A DNA stretch of 64,000 nt from positions 9,481-73,480 of the forward strand of contig JAJOJK010000003.1 in NCBI GenBank assembly GCA_021208605.1, given 5' to 3'. A program made the position numbers and the translations under genes. Under the pieces are notes generated by a model. That model ran no database searches, was not told the DNA's origin, and saw only the letters and a program-made list of their open reading frames with translations. Below are positions 39,847-49,938 of the stretch, piece by piece. This DNA comes from Candidatus Woesebacteria bacterium (GTDB lineage: Bacteria; Patescibacteriota; Microgenomatia; UBA1400; UBA1396). Every line of letters starts with the position of its first letter. Position 1 is the first letter of the stretch.

Positions 39847-40911
39847 CTATAAGTTTAGGAAATATCGGCTGCACCAGTCAGATAAGAAAGTGAGCGGCTG
39901 GCACTGCACACTCCCCTCCACCTCAAGACTACAGACATACGCCTGAGTGTTTCGACAGTGTAACCACTGGTTCGATCCATCGCGTTCCGAATTATAAAAC
40001 ATGGATTGGTCTAGCGCATTGGTGGTGTATGTGGTGGAAATTCGCGTCATATTATTGCCAGCTACGGCCAAATATTTGCTTTCCAATGCACCAGCATCAG
40101 CGAGGATTCCTTCCACAAGTACTGGACTCACCTGTTCTGCCAGCGCAACAGCCAAAGCCGCCGCCTCCGGAGAAGTAGCAATTTCATCTGGTAACTGTGT
40201 TCGTTGTTGCGCAGATACGCCATTTTGGCGGTACTTGCGGTAACTTTGCGCGAAGTCATAGACGGGGAAAGTGGTCAGTTCATTCGGTTGACCAAGGTCG
40301 GCTTCTTCTTCTTGTGCCACAGAGTACGCGGCGTCGACAATGGTATACAACCAGATCGGGTTAAGACCATGCGTCAGTGCGGTATTGAATATAAATTTAT
40401 GGGAATCAGCCAACTGGTTGGCATGTCCTTCTGGACGGACTACTTCGGAGTATGGCAAATAAAACTGGTACAAACCAGAATTCGTCTGGGCGGCAACGCG
40501 GCCATATAACCAACGGTACCAGGTGTGCTCGGCGGCCTCGCGACGAGTGTTTTGGAGCACTATGTACTCCGGAGTCCACTCCAAAAAGATCGGGATACAG
40601 GTCTCGGCAGTGTCAAGGAAACAGAGATCACTCGAGAAAAATGGAGTCTGAACGTCTTCCCAGGCCACAGCAGCTGCATTGGGCGTAAAAACAGGCAGAC
40701 GGTTTACTTCCAGTGGTGGTTGCAAGGGCTGATCCGCTTGCTGTTGCGATGGCGTACTCGTTTCTGATCCAAGTGAAAATCCGTACGGATCGAGCTGAAC
40801 CGAAGAACGCGGCGAATTACTGGAGAGAAAATACTGCACACCATAGCCAATGCTTATTCCGAGAACGAGCAAAACCAGAAATCCAATCGCGTAAATCACA
40901 TTTGTGCGCAT
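39847..40911 (-). CDS. Membrane-anchored hypothetical protein
   Basis: N-terminal TM; Cys-containing C-terminus. Confidence 0.75.
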   Translation of the reverse strand: MRTNVIYAIGFLVLLVLGISIGYGVQYFLSSNSPRSSVQLDPYGFSLGSETSTPSQQQADQPLQPPLEVNRLPVFTPNAAAVAWEDVQTPFFSSDLCFLDTAETCIPIFLEWTPEYIVLQNTRREAAEHTWYRWLYGRVAAQTNSGLYQFYLPYSEVVRPEGHANQLADSHKFIFNTALTHGLNPIWLYTIVDAAYSVAQEEEADLGQPNELTTFPVYDFAQSYRKYRQNGVSAQQRTQLPDEIATSPEAAALAVALAEQVSPVLVEGILADAGALESKYLAVAGNNMTRISTTYTTNALDQSMFYNSERDGSNQWLHCRNTQAYVCSLEVEGSVQCQPLTFLSDWCSRYFLNL

Positions 40912-40998
40912 GTACGCAGTGTGACAAAAAGTGACTGGAAGTACAAGCAGATCAGTCAGGAAACTGGGTGGAAAATGTGTGCATGGAGCCAGGTGGTT

Positions 40999-42042
40999 CT
41001 ACATCCCGCTCACCAGCTCCACCAACCGATTACAATATCCCCACTCGTTGTCGTACCAGGCAATGACTTTGACCATGTTGCCGCCCATGACTTGGGTGAG
41101 GCTGAGATCGACTATGGAGGACTCGGGGCGGCCTACGATGTCGCTGGAGACGATGGGGTCGTTGGTGACGGCCAGCTTGCCTTGCCAGCGGGGTTGTTGG
41201 CTGGCGTCGGTGAAGGCTTGGTTGACTTCCTCGACGGTGACGTCGCGCTTGGTGATGAAGGTGAGATCGGACAGCGAGCCGGTAGAAACTGGCACGCGCA
41301 CGGCCAAACCGTCAAAAATGCCTTTGAGCTCGGGAATAACGAGCGCGGTGGCCTTAGCGGCACCGGTGGACGTTGGCACGATGTTTTGCGCCGCGCCGCG
41401 GGCGCGGCGCAAGTCCTTATGCGAGTTATCCTGAATATTTTGGTCGTCGGTGTAGGCGTGGATGGTGGTCAGCATGGCTTTTTCCACACCGAATGTAGTG
41501 TGCATAATTTGCGCGACTGGCGCGACACAGTTGGTGGTACAGGAGGCGTTGGAGATGAGTTCGCCGGTGACTTGGTTGACGTTCTCCACTCCGAGCACGG
41601 TGGTTTCAAAACCATCGCTTTTGGCTGGGGCGGATAAGACCACTCGACTCGCGCCGGCTTCAATGTGGTACTTCGCTTTTTCGGCGGTGGTAAAGATACC
41701 AGTTGACTCGATCACCACCGCTACTTCGTATTTGTCCCAGGGGATTTTCTTAGGATCGCGTTGCGCGGTCACCAAGACCGGGCGGCCGTCAATTTTGATC
41801 AAACCGAGTTCTGGCTGTTCATCGGTCACTTCTTCGCGACCTTGCCAGCGCTCGACCGTTATTTCGTGCGGCCAGACGCCGTAGTTGGAGTCGTACTTGA
41901 GGAGATGCGCCCAGCCCTCGATGTCCATGGAGCCCGAAGTGTTGACGACAGCTAAATCCGCTTGCTCGCGAAAATTTTCCCACCAGACCCGCAGGGCCGT
42001 TCTTCCAATTCGTCCAAATCCATTGATCGCAAATTTTGTCAT
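40999..42042 (-). CDS. gap: Glyceraldehyde-3-phosphate dehydrogenase, type I
   Basis: INGFGRIGR, SNASCTTNC, STGAAKA, WYDNEWGY. Confidence 0.98.
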   Translation of the reverse strand: MTKFAINGFGRIGRTALRVWWENFREQADLAVVNTSGSMDIEGWAHLLKYDSNYGVWPHEITVERWQGREEVTDEQPELGLIKIDGRPVLVTAQRDPKKIPWDKYEVAVVIESTGIFTTAEKAKYHIEAGASRVVLSAPAKSDGFETTVLGVENVNQVTGELISNASCTTNCVAPVAQIMHTTFGVEKAMLTTIHAYTDDQNIQDNSHKDLRRARGAAQNIVPTSTGAAKATALVIPELKGIFDGLAVRVPVSTGSLSDLTFITKRDVTVEEVNQAFTDASQQPRWQGKLAVTNDPIVSSDIVGRPESSIVDLSLTQVMGGNMVKVIAWYDNEWGYCNRLVELVSGM

Positions 42043-42105
42043 GGGTTCAGTGTAGCAGGTGGGGTTGGTGGGTGTGAAGTCCAACTACTCCTCTTCTTGA
42101 CTTCC

Positions 42106-42132
42106 AAAAAGCCCTCCAACCGGAGGGCTTTC
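42106..42132 (-). terminator. Intrinsic terminator
   Basis: AAAGCCCTCC-AACC-GGAGGGCTTT hairpin with minus-strand T tract. Confidence 0.75.
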
Positions 42133-42153
42133 CATTTTCAGTGGAGCGCCGAT

Positions 42154-42969
42154 TTATACTTGAGGCGTTTCTATATCCTGAGGCGTGCTCTGAGTCGGAG
42201 ACGTTGGGGTCGCGGTCGGCGTGGGTGTTGCTGTCATCTGGCTCGTGTTGGGTAGATCGGGAGCGGCGGTCAGAGTTTCGTCTGGAACAGCTGATCCAGC
42301 GCGGCGGCTATTTCTCCACCAGGCCAATCCGGCCACAACCGCTACCAGGGCGGCTAAGACGCCAATCAACAGCGTTCCGGGATGGAAGAGTGCGGGTGAG
42401 GTGACGTTTTCGAGGACTTGGTCGTTGAGAGAGTCGTCGGCCATCATGCCACTATCATCGGTCAGCACTGCTTCGGGGACCAGAAATGCGTACTCGTTTT
42501 GACCGGTGTAGATGTTACCTTCGGAATCGGTACCGGCCACAATCGTGTTTTCAGGATCGAGGGTGACAACCATCTCGCCAGTGGCTTCCGGGACAAAACG
42601 AAACGCCACGACGGGCATTTCGGGTTGCAGAGTCACGGACTCAGCTAACTCAGTCGGTGCCAACACAACGCTGAAGGCGTCGCCAGAAAACGTTTGACTG
42701 ACAACTTGAAGATTGGCGTCACTAAATACTTCCACTTCCCAGTCCGTCACCGGCACGCCGGTCACGGTGCCAACAAGTTCCAGACCATCGATCGCTTCGT
42801 CAGAATTGACGGAGACGATAACTTCGGAAACTTCATCCACGAGCAAGTTTTCTTCGAGGGTGAAGGACGCAGCGAACGCCGGCATGGCGGTGAGAGCCAG
42901 TACGCTGGCGACAACACCTGTGGCCGTGGTCAGGCGGGCTGTTTTTTGCATCCAAGATGTGATCTGCAT
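42154..42969 (-). CDS. Cohesin-like beta-sandwich surface protein with C-terminal TM
   Basis: Signal peptide ending PAFA; VSVNS...IDGLEL...VAFRFVP...GEMVVTL; parallels the N-domain of the upstream gene. Confidence 0.65.
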   Translation of the reverse strand: MQITSWMQKTARLTTATGVVASVLALTAMPAFAASFTLEENLLVDEVSEVIVSVNSDEAIDGLELVGTVTGVPVTDWEVEVFSDANLQVVSQTFSGDAFSVVLAPTELAESVTLQPEMPVVAFRFVPEATGEMVVTLDPENTIVAGTDSEGNIYTGQNEYAFLVPEAVLTDDSGMMADDSLNDQVLENVTSPALFHPGTLLIGVLAALVAVVAGLAWWRNSRRAGSAVPDETLTAAPDLPNTSQMTATPTPTATPTSPTQSTPQDIETPQV

Positions 42970-42981
42970 GGGCTCCCTTAC

Positions 42982-44495
42982 TTACTTTCTCAGTCTGTTC
43001 AATACGAGGGCGTAGTCGATGATATCGACGGTGCCGTCTTGGTTGATGTCAGCTTGGGCATCGGTGGTCAAGAGACGACGACGGATGTATGACAAGTCGA
43101 TAGTATTCACTTTGCGGTCACGGTTCGCGTCATAGTTAGCTCTGAAAGGTGGCTCTGGCGTTTCTGACACACAGCTCTGTACAACTGGCTCCGGTGTACC
43201 GAGACAGTAGTTACTGTTGGCGGTGGCTTTACGAGTCTGGATGCCAGACTTACAAGCAGACCACTGCGTGTAGGTGTACTCACACGTCGGAGTATTTTGG
43301 GTGATCATCGGAATAGGACGCGTGGTGGCAACTGGAATCGAGCCATCTGGATTTGTCGGAACTAGTCCGACTGGCGGAGTCGGTCGCAAACGGATAGAGT
43401 TATCACTAATTGTGGTACTTGGCGGAGTTGGCTGAGGAGTTGGAGACACCGACCCAGTAAGAGCACAGATTTGGGCTGGCATTACTTGAGCACAAGCCAA
43501 GCCATCAGGACATTCTGGCATGGGTGGCTGGTAACAAAACAGGCCTGGTTGGCAATCCGCATTTACAGAACAGTACTGTCCTTCTGATCCCGGAGCTGGT
43601 GTTGGGGTGGGTGCAGCCGTGGGTGATGGAGTGGGATCGCCGGGAGTAACTGGGTTTTCCGACACGATAGGAGAAGGTGTTGGAGTAGGCGTTGGCGTCA
43701 TGCGTGGATTCTCGATCGGATCAACCATTGCAATTGGCGTGGGCAGTGGTTGTACTTCTCCATCGATTACTTCAGCACAGATTTTGGCTGGCATCACTTG
43801 CGCACAAGCCATACCTTCCGGACATTCTGGCATGGGTGGCTGATAGCACACTAGACCAGGAGCACACTGTGAATCTTGCACACAGTTGCTTCCGGCTGGC
43901 TTTTGAATACTGACGATGTCATCGGATCCGAGTACCCGACCAGAAAAGGCGACTGGTGTCTTCAGTTGGTCTTCAGTTTGACGGAAGAGAGTTGCTTTTG
44001 AGGTACCTGGGTTCCAGGTAAGCGACAAATCTCCTTCAGACTGCGGCACAAAACTGATGGTAGCAATTTGTGTCGGTTGAGAAGCGGAAAAGGCTTTTTT
44101 TGAATTATTCAGTGTAAATACGAGTTGGATGGTGCCGTCGTCATTGACTTTGTTGACTTGGGCTTTGAGATTCGTGCGCTCGGCGTTCGCAACTTGGACG
44201 GTAATATCGCTCACGTCAACTCCGGTGAAATTGCCTTCCAGTTGAAGGGCATCCATGTTGGCGCTGTTGGAGTTTACAAAAAGATCAATTTTTGCCGGCT
44301 TGCCAGCAATGATTTGCTCGGAAGATTTGGCGGTAATTTCTATGGCGCCATCTTCTACCGAAGCTTGGTTGCGCACATCTTGAGAACTTTGGGATAAAAA
44401 GAAGGCAGCGGCAGCTCCGATCAATAAAACGAAAACAAAGGCCACTCCTGCTATAAGGCTTTTATTTTTTTTTTACAAAATTGACTGATTTTCAT
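42982..44495 (-). CDS. Surface protein: TM plus SQDVRNQA, cohesin-like domain, two Cys-rich repeats, TSP1-like segment, C-terminal dockerin-like domain (frameshift at T10 44465-44474)
   Basis: DANRDRKVNTIDL and DINQDGTVDIIDY EF-hand pair; WSAC..G.QTR; ATG at 44495. Confidence 0.75.
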
Positions 44496-44587
44496 AGGTA
44501 CACTAAGAATTGCATGCTCCGAAATGGAAGTCAATATTGAGAACGCGTTGGAAATTTGCCACTAAAAACCTCTAAGAAAATTTTAAC

Positions 44588-44607
44588 GGCCTAAGGGTCG
44601 GTCCCTC
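44588..44607. repeat. REP-like family A copy
   Basis: GGCCTAAGGGTCGGTCCCTC. Confidence 0.75.
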
Positions 44608-44616
44608 ATGAGAGTG

Positions 44617-45648
44617 CTATAAAATAAACTCTAAAAAGTCTTCCCAAGAAAATTTCTGCTGGCCTTCGACAATGGCCTCGTAGGCGGGTAACGTTCCACC
44701 GTTGGCAAAGAATTCCATCATGGCTCCTCCTCCAGTAGAGACGTGGGAGTATTTGGATTTATCGACTTCAAAGTGATCGACTGCTGCTTCGGTGTCGCCG
44801 CCGCCGATGATTGAAAATGTCTTGGTGCGAGAGAGGGTGTCGGCAATGTACTCGGTGCCTTTGCCGTGTTCGCCGTCTTCGTACTTGCCCATCGGGCCAT
44901 TCCAGATGACGGTACCGGAAGCTTTAATGAAACGCTCGGCGCGTTCGTAAGCGTCCTTCGTAATGTCGAGACCGTCTTCAGTGACTTCACAGACGATGAG
45001 CTTGCGGTGCTCTTTTTCGGCTTCTTCCTTGTCCATTTCGGCAGCGAGTTTTCCACCTACTACAAAAACGTTCACGAAATCGAACATTGTTTTCAGGTAC
45101 TCAGCCTTATCGGACTTACCGCCACCCAAGATGAGCGTCACAGGGCGATCGGGTTTGCGGTAGACTTTTTGGAAGGTTTTGATTTCCTTTTCGAAGGTGC
45201 GGCCCATGACGGTCGGAAGAATGAGAGGCAGCTGCACCATGGACGCGTGTTCGCGGTGGGCGGTGGCAAAACCGTCGTTCACATAAAAGTCGAACCCTTT
45301 GGCCAGCTTTTTGGCGAAGGCTTTGGAGTTGCCTTCTTCACCTGGATCAAAACGGAGGTTATCGCCAAAGGTAACTCTTTCGCGTTTGTTTTCGGGAATC
45401 ATTTCGATCAAAAGATCAGTAATGGGTTTGAGTGAGAGTTTTTTGACAACTTTTCCGTCTGGTCGACCTCGGTGCCCAATGACGTGCACTTTGGCGGCGC
45501 CACGCTTCAAAATGAAATTGAGCGTTTGTGCACCCGCTTCCAAACGTGTGGTATCAAATCCATCTTGGTTTTCGGGGAGATCGAGATCAAGTCGGAGAAG
45601 AACATTTTTATCTTTTAATTCGAGCGCTTTGAGTGTGTAGACTGCCAT
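44617..45648 (-). CDS. pgk: Phosphoglycerate kinase (compact)
   Basis: VLLRLDLD, HRGRP, NLRF, YVNDGFATAHR.HAS, WNGPMG, GGGDT, STGGGA. Confidence 0.95.
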   Translation of the reverse strand: MAVYTLKALELKDKNVLLRLDLDLPENQDGFDTTRLEAGAQTLNFILKRGAAKVHVIGHRGRPDGKVVKKLSLKPITDLLIEMIPENKRERVTFGDNLRFDPGEEGNSKAFAKKLAKGFDFYVNDGFATAHREHASMVQLPLILPTVMGRTFEKEIKTFQKVYRKPDRPVTLILGGGKSDKAEYLKTMFDFVNVFVVGGKLAAEMDKEEAEKEHRKLIVCEVTEDGLDITKDAYERAERFIKASGTVIWNGPMGKYEDGEHGKGTEYIADTLSRTKTFSIIGGGDTEAAVDHFEVDKSKYSHVSTGGGAMMEFFANGGTLPAYEAIVEGQQKFSWEDFLEFIL

Positions 45649-45671
45649 AGGAGGTATTTTAACATACGAAT

Positions 45672-45693
45672 AGGGAGCACCCTTGGGCCTATA
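45672..45693. repeat. Degenerate REP-like family A copy
   Basis: AGGGAGCACCCTTGGGCCTATA. Confidence 0.6.
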
Positions 45694-45696
45694 AAA

Positions 45697-46614
45697 TTAT
45701 ATTTTGGGAAAGTCGCTTTGTCGCAGCAACCCCGTCTTCGCTCCCATCGACCGCACCACCGAAGCGGCATTTTTCGCGCCCCATTGCATAGCTTCCGGGG
45801 AAAGTCGATCATGCAGCGTGGCGGCAATCACCCCGGTGGCAAACGCATCACCCGCGCCCGTGGCTTGTACTATTTCGGTGGGTTGGGAATCAAACCGGTT
45901 CCAGGTGCCATGTTCGTAATACTGCCCACCGCGCTCACCTTCGGTGATAACAATCCGGCTCCCGCCAGTTTCCAGATCGTATCCTGCCGAACGAATGATT
46001 TCGGCTTCTTCTTCATTTAAAAAGAGGGTGTCAGGATAGATTTCGGTCAGGTGAAGAGAACCATTTTCAATGGCTTTTAGCTCTTTTCCGCCCGGATTCC
46101 AGCTAAAGCGAATACGGTGTTTTTTGCAGTGCTGCGCGATAGTTTTGACGACTTCGGTATTACCAATGGAAGAAATGTGAATCCAATGCGCTTTCATTTT
46201 GGCGAGTGGTAAGTCGTCTGGAGTCAACATATAGGCAGCGCCACGAGCGGTAACGACCGAGCGATCACCAGAAGAGTCAATTAACAGTGCAGAAATGGCG
46301 GTGTTTTCGTCTGGTTCTTGAATGAGCAAACTGGTATCGACGTTTTCTTCCTGGAGTTCGGCGATGATCACTTTGGCGGGGAGATCGGTGCCGAGTTCGG
46401 CTATTACGCTGCTGCGTAAACCGAGCCGAGAAAGTCCAACGGCGGTATTGGTCGCGCCTCCGCCAGACTGCAAAGCAAAGTCTTCAGCATTCATTTTGGA
46501 ACCATGCAGGAGTTGGAGGTATTCTTCACCATCTGATTCTTCTTTGACCGTAAACTGAGCTGACTTGAGAAAAACATCGAGTGTGGCAGAGCCGATGGAA
46601 ATGGTGTCGAACAT
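45697..46614 (-). CDS. PfkB-family carbohydrate kinase
   Basis: GGGATNTAVGLSRLG, NEEEA, ATGAGDAF. Confidence 0.93.
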   Translation of the reverse strand: MFDTISIGSATLDVFLKSAQFTVKEESDGEEYLQLLHGSKMNAEDFALQSGGGATNTAVGLSRLGLRSSVIAELGTDLPAKVIIAELQEENVDTSLLIQEPDENTAISALLIDSSGDRSVVTARGAAYMLTPDDLPLAKMKAHWIHISSIGNTEVVKTIAQHCKKHRIRFSWNPGGKELKAIENGSLHLTEIYPDTLFLNEEEAEIIRSAGYDLETGGSRIVITEGERGGQYYEHGTWNRFDSQPTEIVQATGAGDAFATGVIAATLHDRLSPEAMQWGAKNAASVVRSMGAKTGLLRQSDFPKI

Positions 46615-46654
46615 GGGTTTTAGTGTAGCATGCGAGGGACTCTGCGAGGTATGT

Positions 46655-46709
46655 GAGGGACCGACCCTTAGGCCTAGATAATTAAAATGCCGGCCTAGGG
46701 GTGTTTCCC
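46655..46709. repeat. REP-like family A doublet
   Basis: GAGGGACCGACCCTTAGGCCTAGA...GGCCTAGGGGTGTTTCCC. Confidence 0.8.
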
Positions 46710-46713
46710 GAAT

Positions 46714-47361
46714 CTAGCTTAAGACCGTTTTTTGATCTATCAAATCCTGCTCCAGCTCTTGCAGGGCTGGGATAACTTCTTCGGGCTCGCTGACAATACG
46801 GTACACAGCCACTTCTTGCTCGGCAATGAAAAAATGTTTTTGCACCACATCAATCACCTCATGCCAGAAGTCACCAACTAACACAATAGGTTTATGATGA
46901 CCGTAGTAAATATGCGCCATGAGCCAAGCGGTTGCCCATTCGCTCAAAGTTCCAGTTCCACCGCGTAAAATCACAAAGGCGTCAGATTCGCGAATCAGGC
47001 GCAACATGCGATCGGGATAGTTATCAGTTTTAATTTCGTCATCAGGCAAATTATCAGAGAGACGACCTTCAAAAAATGGCGCGTCTTTCGGGGCAAAAGT
47101 TACCGTGAGCGTTCGACCATTTTTTGACTGCGCTCCCAAAGTCGCTGCCTTCATGACTCCAGGTCCACCGCCGTTTACAATGCGCACTCCAGTATCCGCC
47201 AAGAGTTGAGCAATAATATATGCTTGCTGATACTCCGGTGAAGAGTCATTCACATCGGCCGAACCAAAAATGGCGACATTTTGAAAAACCTGAAACACTG
47301 GTTCCGTTGTATTGTCAGTAGAATTTTTCACAATGGGTTTGCTGTGTTGAGATGCAGACAT
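46714..47361 (-). CDS. LOG-family nucleotide phosphoribohydrolase
   Basis: IFGS, GGGPGVM.A, R...L...SDAF...GGTGTLSE. Confidence 0.9.
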   Translation of the reverse strand: MSASQHSKPIVKNSTDNTTEPVFQVFQNVAIFGSADVNDSSPEYQQAYIIAQLLADTGVRIVNGGGPGVMKAATLGAQSKNGRTLTVTFAPKDAPFFEGRLSDNLPDDEIKTDNYPDRMLRLIRESDAFVILRGGTGTLSEWATAWLMAHIYYGHHKPIVLVGDFWHEVIDVVQKHFFIAEQEVAVYRIVSEPEEVIPALQELEQDLIDQKTVLS

Positions 47362-47390
47362 TGTCTCCTCTTTCCTTTTCTGAAAACTCA

Positions 47391-48041
47391 CTATTCGTGT
47401 AAATTGCTCCAGTGCTCGGCGCCTTCGGCGCCAGCAAAGTATGAACCAACCACGGCGACCGTAGCCCCAGCACTCTCCACTTCAGGAATGGTTTCAGGGT
47501 TCATTCCGATATCGACAGAAATGTCGTAGGAATACCCGTGCTCGGCCTTTGCCTGTGCAGCAGATTGGATGGATTTGAGAGCGGTTGAGTGCAGCGACTG
47601 ACCTTGAAAACCAGCTCTGTTGCCCATGATTTGCACAGTGTCGATATGACTCAAAACCTCTGGAGATAATGTGGAAAACGGTGTGTATAAATCGAGAGAA
47701 AGTCCCACACGAAAATGCAGCCCATTTTTTACTTCGTCGATAAACGCCGGAATGGATGTCATGCGTTCCACTTGGGCAATGACGGTATCAACTGTCTGAC
47801 TGTCGCGGATTTCACGCAGCCATTCGAGTGGTTCAACCACCATAAAATGGAGGTCCAGTTTGATACCATGCGTTTCCAAAGAGTGCACAAGACCTGGTTC
47901 AACAGTGAGATTATCGGCAAATTGACCGTCAATAATATCGAGCTGGCACCGTTCTGGTTGCGGTTGAAATGTGGCAAAGCGATCGAGTTCTTCCTGGACA
48001 AATTGTGGGCTGTCGTCGAGGATAGCGGGAACAAATTTCAT
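47391..48041 (-). CDS. rpe: Ribulose-phosphate 3-epimerase
   Basis: DIIDGQF, DLHFMV, MG..AGFQGQ, VDIG, VVGS. Confidence 0.9.
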   Translation of the reverse strand: MKFVPAILDDSPQFVQEELDRFATFQPQPERCQLDIIDGQFADNLTVEPGLVHSLETHGIKLDLHFMVVEPLEWLREIRDSQTVDTVIAQVERMTSIPAFIDEVKNGLHFRVGLSLDLYTPFSTLSPEVLSHIDTVQIMGNRAGFQGQSLHSTALKSIQSAAQAKAEHGYSYDISVDIGMNPETIPEVESAGATVAVVGSYFAGAEGAEHWSNLHE

Positions 48042-48118
48042 ATGAGTCAGTGTAGCATATTTGGACTCGAGGAAAAACGCGAGTTATAGGCTTTTCAGAC
48101 CTTGTAAACCTTATAAAC

Positions 48119-48610
48119 CTAAAAATCGTTGCGTGACGACAGCTGCGCTACACGACGCGAGTGGCGCCCTGCACCAAACTCTGTTTGTAAAAACACTTGC
48201 ACCAAGTGCTGTGCTTCGGCTTCCTTGACGTGATCGCCCTCCAAAACCAAAACATTGGCATTGTTGTGTTCCCGTGCATGAATGACATCTGCCTCGTTGC
48301 GACACACCACTGCTCGCACCTGTGGAAAACGATTGGCCATGATCGCCATCCCGCCACCAGTTCGACACACTAAGATGCCGATTGTTGTTGGATTGGCTAC
48401 TTCAGATTCCGATTGGTTTTCCACTGCTGTGGATATCTCTCTGGCCACCGCTGCACCAAACTGCGGATAGTCATCGCTTGGATCAAGTTCGTGCGCACCG
48501 CAATCGGTGACTGATGAGACGGTAAGCTCTGTTGCGTGCGATTTCAGCCAGAGGCGAAGCGCTTCTTTGATGGCAAAACCGCCATGATCGGCACCGAGGA
48601 ATACTTGCAT
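48119..48610 (-). CDS. rpiB: Ribose-5-phosphate isomerase B
   Basis: GADHGG, DDYP, CRTGGGM..ANR, AREHNNAN, GRH.RRV. Confidence 0.94.
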   Translation of the reverse strand: MQVFLGADHGGFAIKEALRLWLKSHATELTVSSVTDCGAHELDPSDDYPQFGAAVAREISTAVENQSESEVANPTTIGILVCRTGGGMAIMANRFPQVRAVVCRNEADVIHAREHNNANVLVLEGDHVKEAEAQHLVQVFLQTEFGAGRHSRRVAQLSSRNDF

Positions 48611-48640
48611 AGGTGTGTTTTCTCTCTTTTGTTGTCTTTT

Positions 48641-48664
48641 TATAGGCCTAAGGGTCGGTCCCTC
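48641..48664. repeat. REP-like family A copy
   Basis: TATAGGCCTAAGGGTCGGTCCCTC. Confidence 0.8.
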
Positions 48665-48762
48665 TCTATCTCTCTATCTCTCTATCTCTCTATCTCTCTA
48701 TCTCTCTATCTCTCTATCTCTCTATCTCTCTATCTCTCTATCTCTCTATTTCTCTATCTCTA
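48663..48762. repeat. Tandem repeat (TCTCTATC) x about 12
   Basis: Directly visible 8-bp unit array. Confidence 0.95.
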
Positions 48763-49524
48763 TACTATAAACCGCTCCACCAAAACACCCAACACATACG
48801 CGGCAACGGCGGCGATCGACCCCACTCCCAAAATTTCCAGACCATTCTTCCACCAAGATCCACCAGTGAGGCGGGTCCGGAGTGAGCCCACTAAAAAGAG
48901 GGCCGCTAAAGTCATGCCAATAGAAATGGGGAACTGCATACGAGCCGCCACGGGCACACCCACTGCAGCCACCATGTATGGCAACAATGGCAGCGCACCC
49001 GCCACTACAAAAGCTGCAAACGTGGCAACACCCGTTCGCCACAGGTGTTCAGCCCGCTCGGGAACCGCTCCCATCTCTGACTGGAAACCAAGCTCAACCA
49101 TATGGTCCGGGTTCTTGGCGTGTATCTCAACCAATTTTTTTGCATCATCCGCACTGTATCCTTTTTCTCGATACATCTGAAAAATTTCTTCTTGCTCAAT
49201 TTCTGGAATCTTTTTGTACTCCCAAGCTTCCATGGAAAGCTGACGCTGTTTGAATTTTTCCTCCGACACAGATCCTAAATAATCGCCAATACCCATCGAA
49301 AGTCCGTCGGCAATCATGTTTGCGATTCCCAAAATCAAAATGACATCAGCCGAAAGCTGCGCTCCGGCAACACCTGCCACGACAGCAAACGTTGTCACGA
49401 TTCCATCATTGGCACCATATACTGCCGCCCGCAAGAGATCGCCGGCGACAAACCCACCATGCAACGACATTTCCTGGCCGGTAGCATGGAGGTGTTCAAG
49501 GTGTTTTTTCGTGGGCTTTTGCAT
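48760..49524 (-). CDS. VIT1/CCC1-family metal transporter
   Basis: VYGANDGIVT, ADGLSMGIGDYL, GALPLLPY. Confidence 0.93.
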   Translation of the reverse strand: MQKPTKKHLEHLHATGQEMSLHGGFVAGDLLRAAVYGANDGIVTTFAVVAGVAGAQLSADVILILGIANMIADGLSMGIGDYLGSVSEEKFKQRQLSMEAWEYKKIPEIEQEEIFQMYREKGYSADDAKKLVEIHAKNPDHMVELGFQSEMGAVPERAEHLWRTGVATFAAFVVAGALPLLPYMVAAVGVPVAARMQFPISIGMTLAALFLVGSLRTRLTGGSWWKNGLEILGVGSIAAVAAYVLGVLVERFIV

Positions 49525-49581
49525 GACTTCAGTCTACAGAATTTATTGCTATTCACCAAATACCTCAGTAATTCTCAGGTA

Positions 49582-49932
49582 TCAGAATCCCAACTCCGCT
49601 CTGGCCTCTTCGCTCATGTCCTGCAGCCTCCAGGGTGGATCAAAAGTGAGTTCGGTGATGATGTCCTTTTCCGGTTGGATTTTTTTGGAATCGAGCAGCT
49701 CATCGGGAATAATTCTGGTGAGCGCTTGCTGTACTTGGTGCTGAATCATTCCTGCCAACGGGCAACCTGGAGTCGTGAGTGTGTAAACAATGCGGATTTG
49801 GAAGGCATCGTCAGTCGGAATCACCTGCACTTTGCGAATAAATCCCATCTCGACTATATTTAGGTGCGTTTCTGGATCAAGAACCGTTTTGAGTTCGTTG
49901 CGAATCTGGTCTTCGGATATGGAAAGCGACAT
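49582..49932 (-). CDS. DUF59/SufT Fe-S cluster assembly factor
   Basis: DPE..LNIVEMG, TLTTPGCP, TFDPPW. Confidence 0.92.
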   Translation of the reverse strand: MSLSISEDQIRNELKTVLDPETHLNIVEMGFIRKVQVIPTDDAFQIRIVYTLTTPGCPLAGMIQHQVQQALTRIIPDELLDSKKIQPEKDIITELTFDPPWRLQDMSEEARAELGF

Positions 49933-49938
49933 AGATTC

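Noticed and set aside
29299-41637. Long antisense ORFs (29299..30189, 36353..37219, 40921..41637)
   Set aside because: They overlap well-supported genes on the opposite strand and have no motifs.
48536-49180. Plus-strand ORF with LSISLSLY repeats
   Set aside because: It is a translation of the microsatellite, antisense to VIT1 and rpiB.
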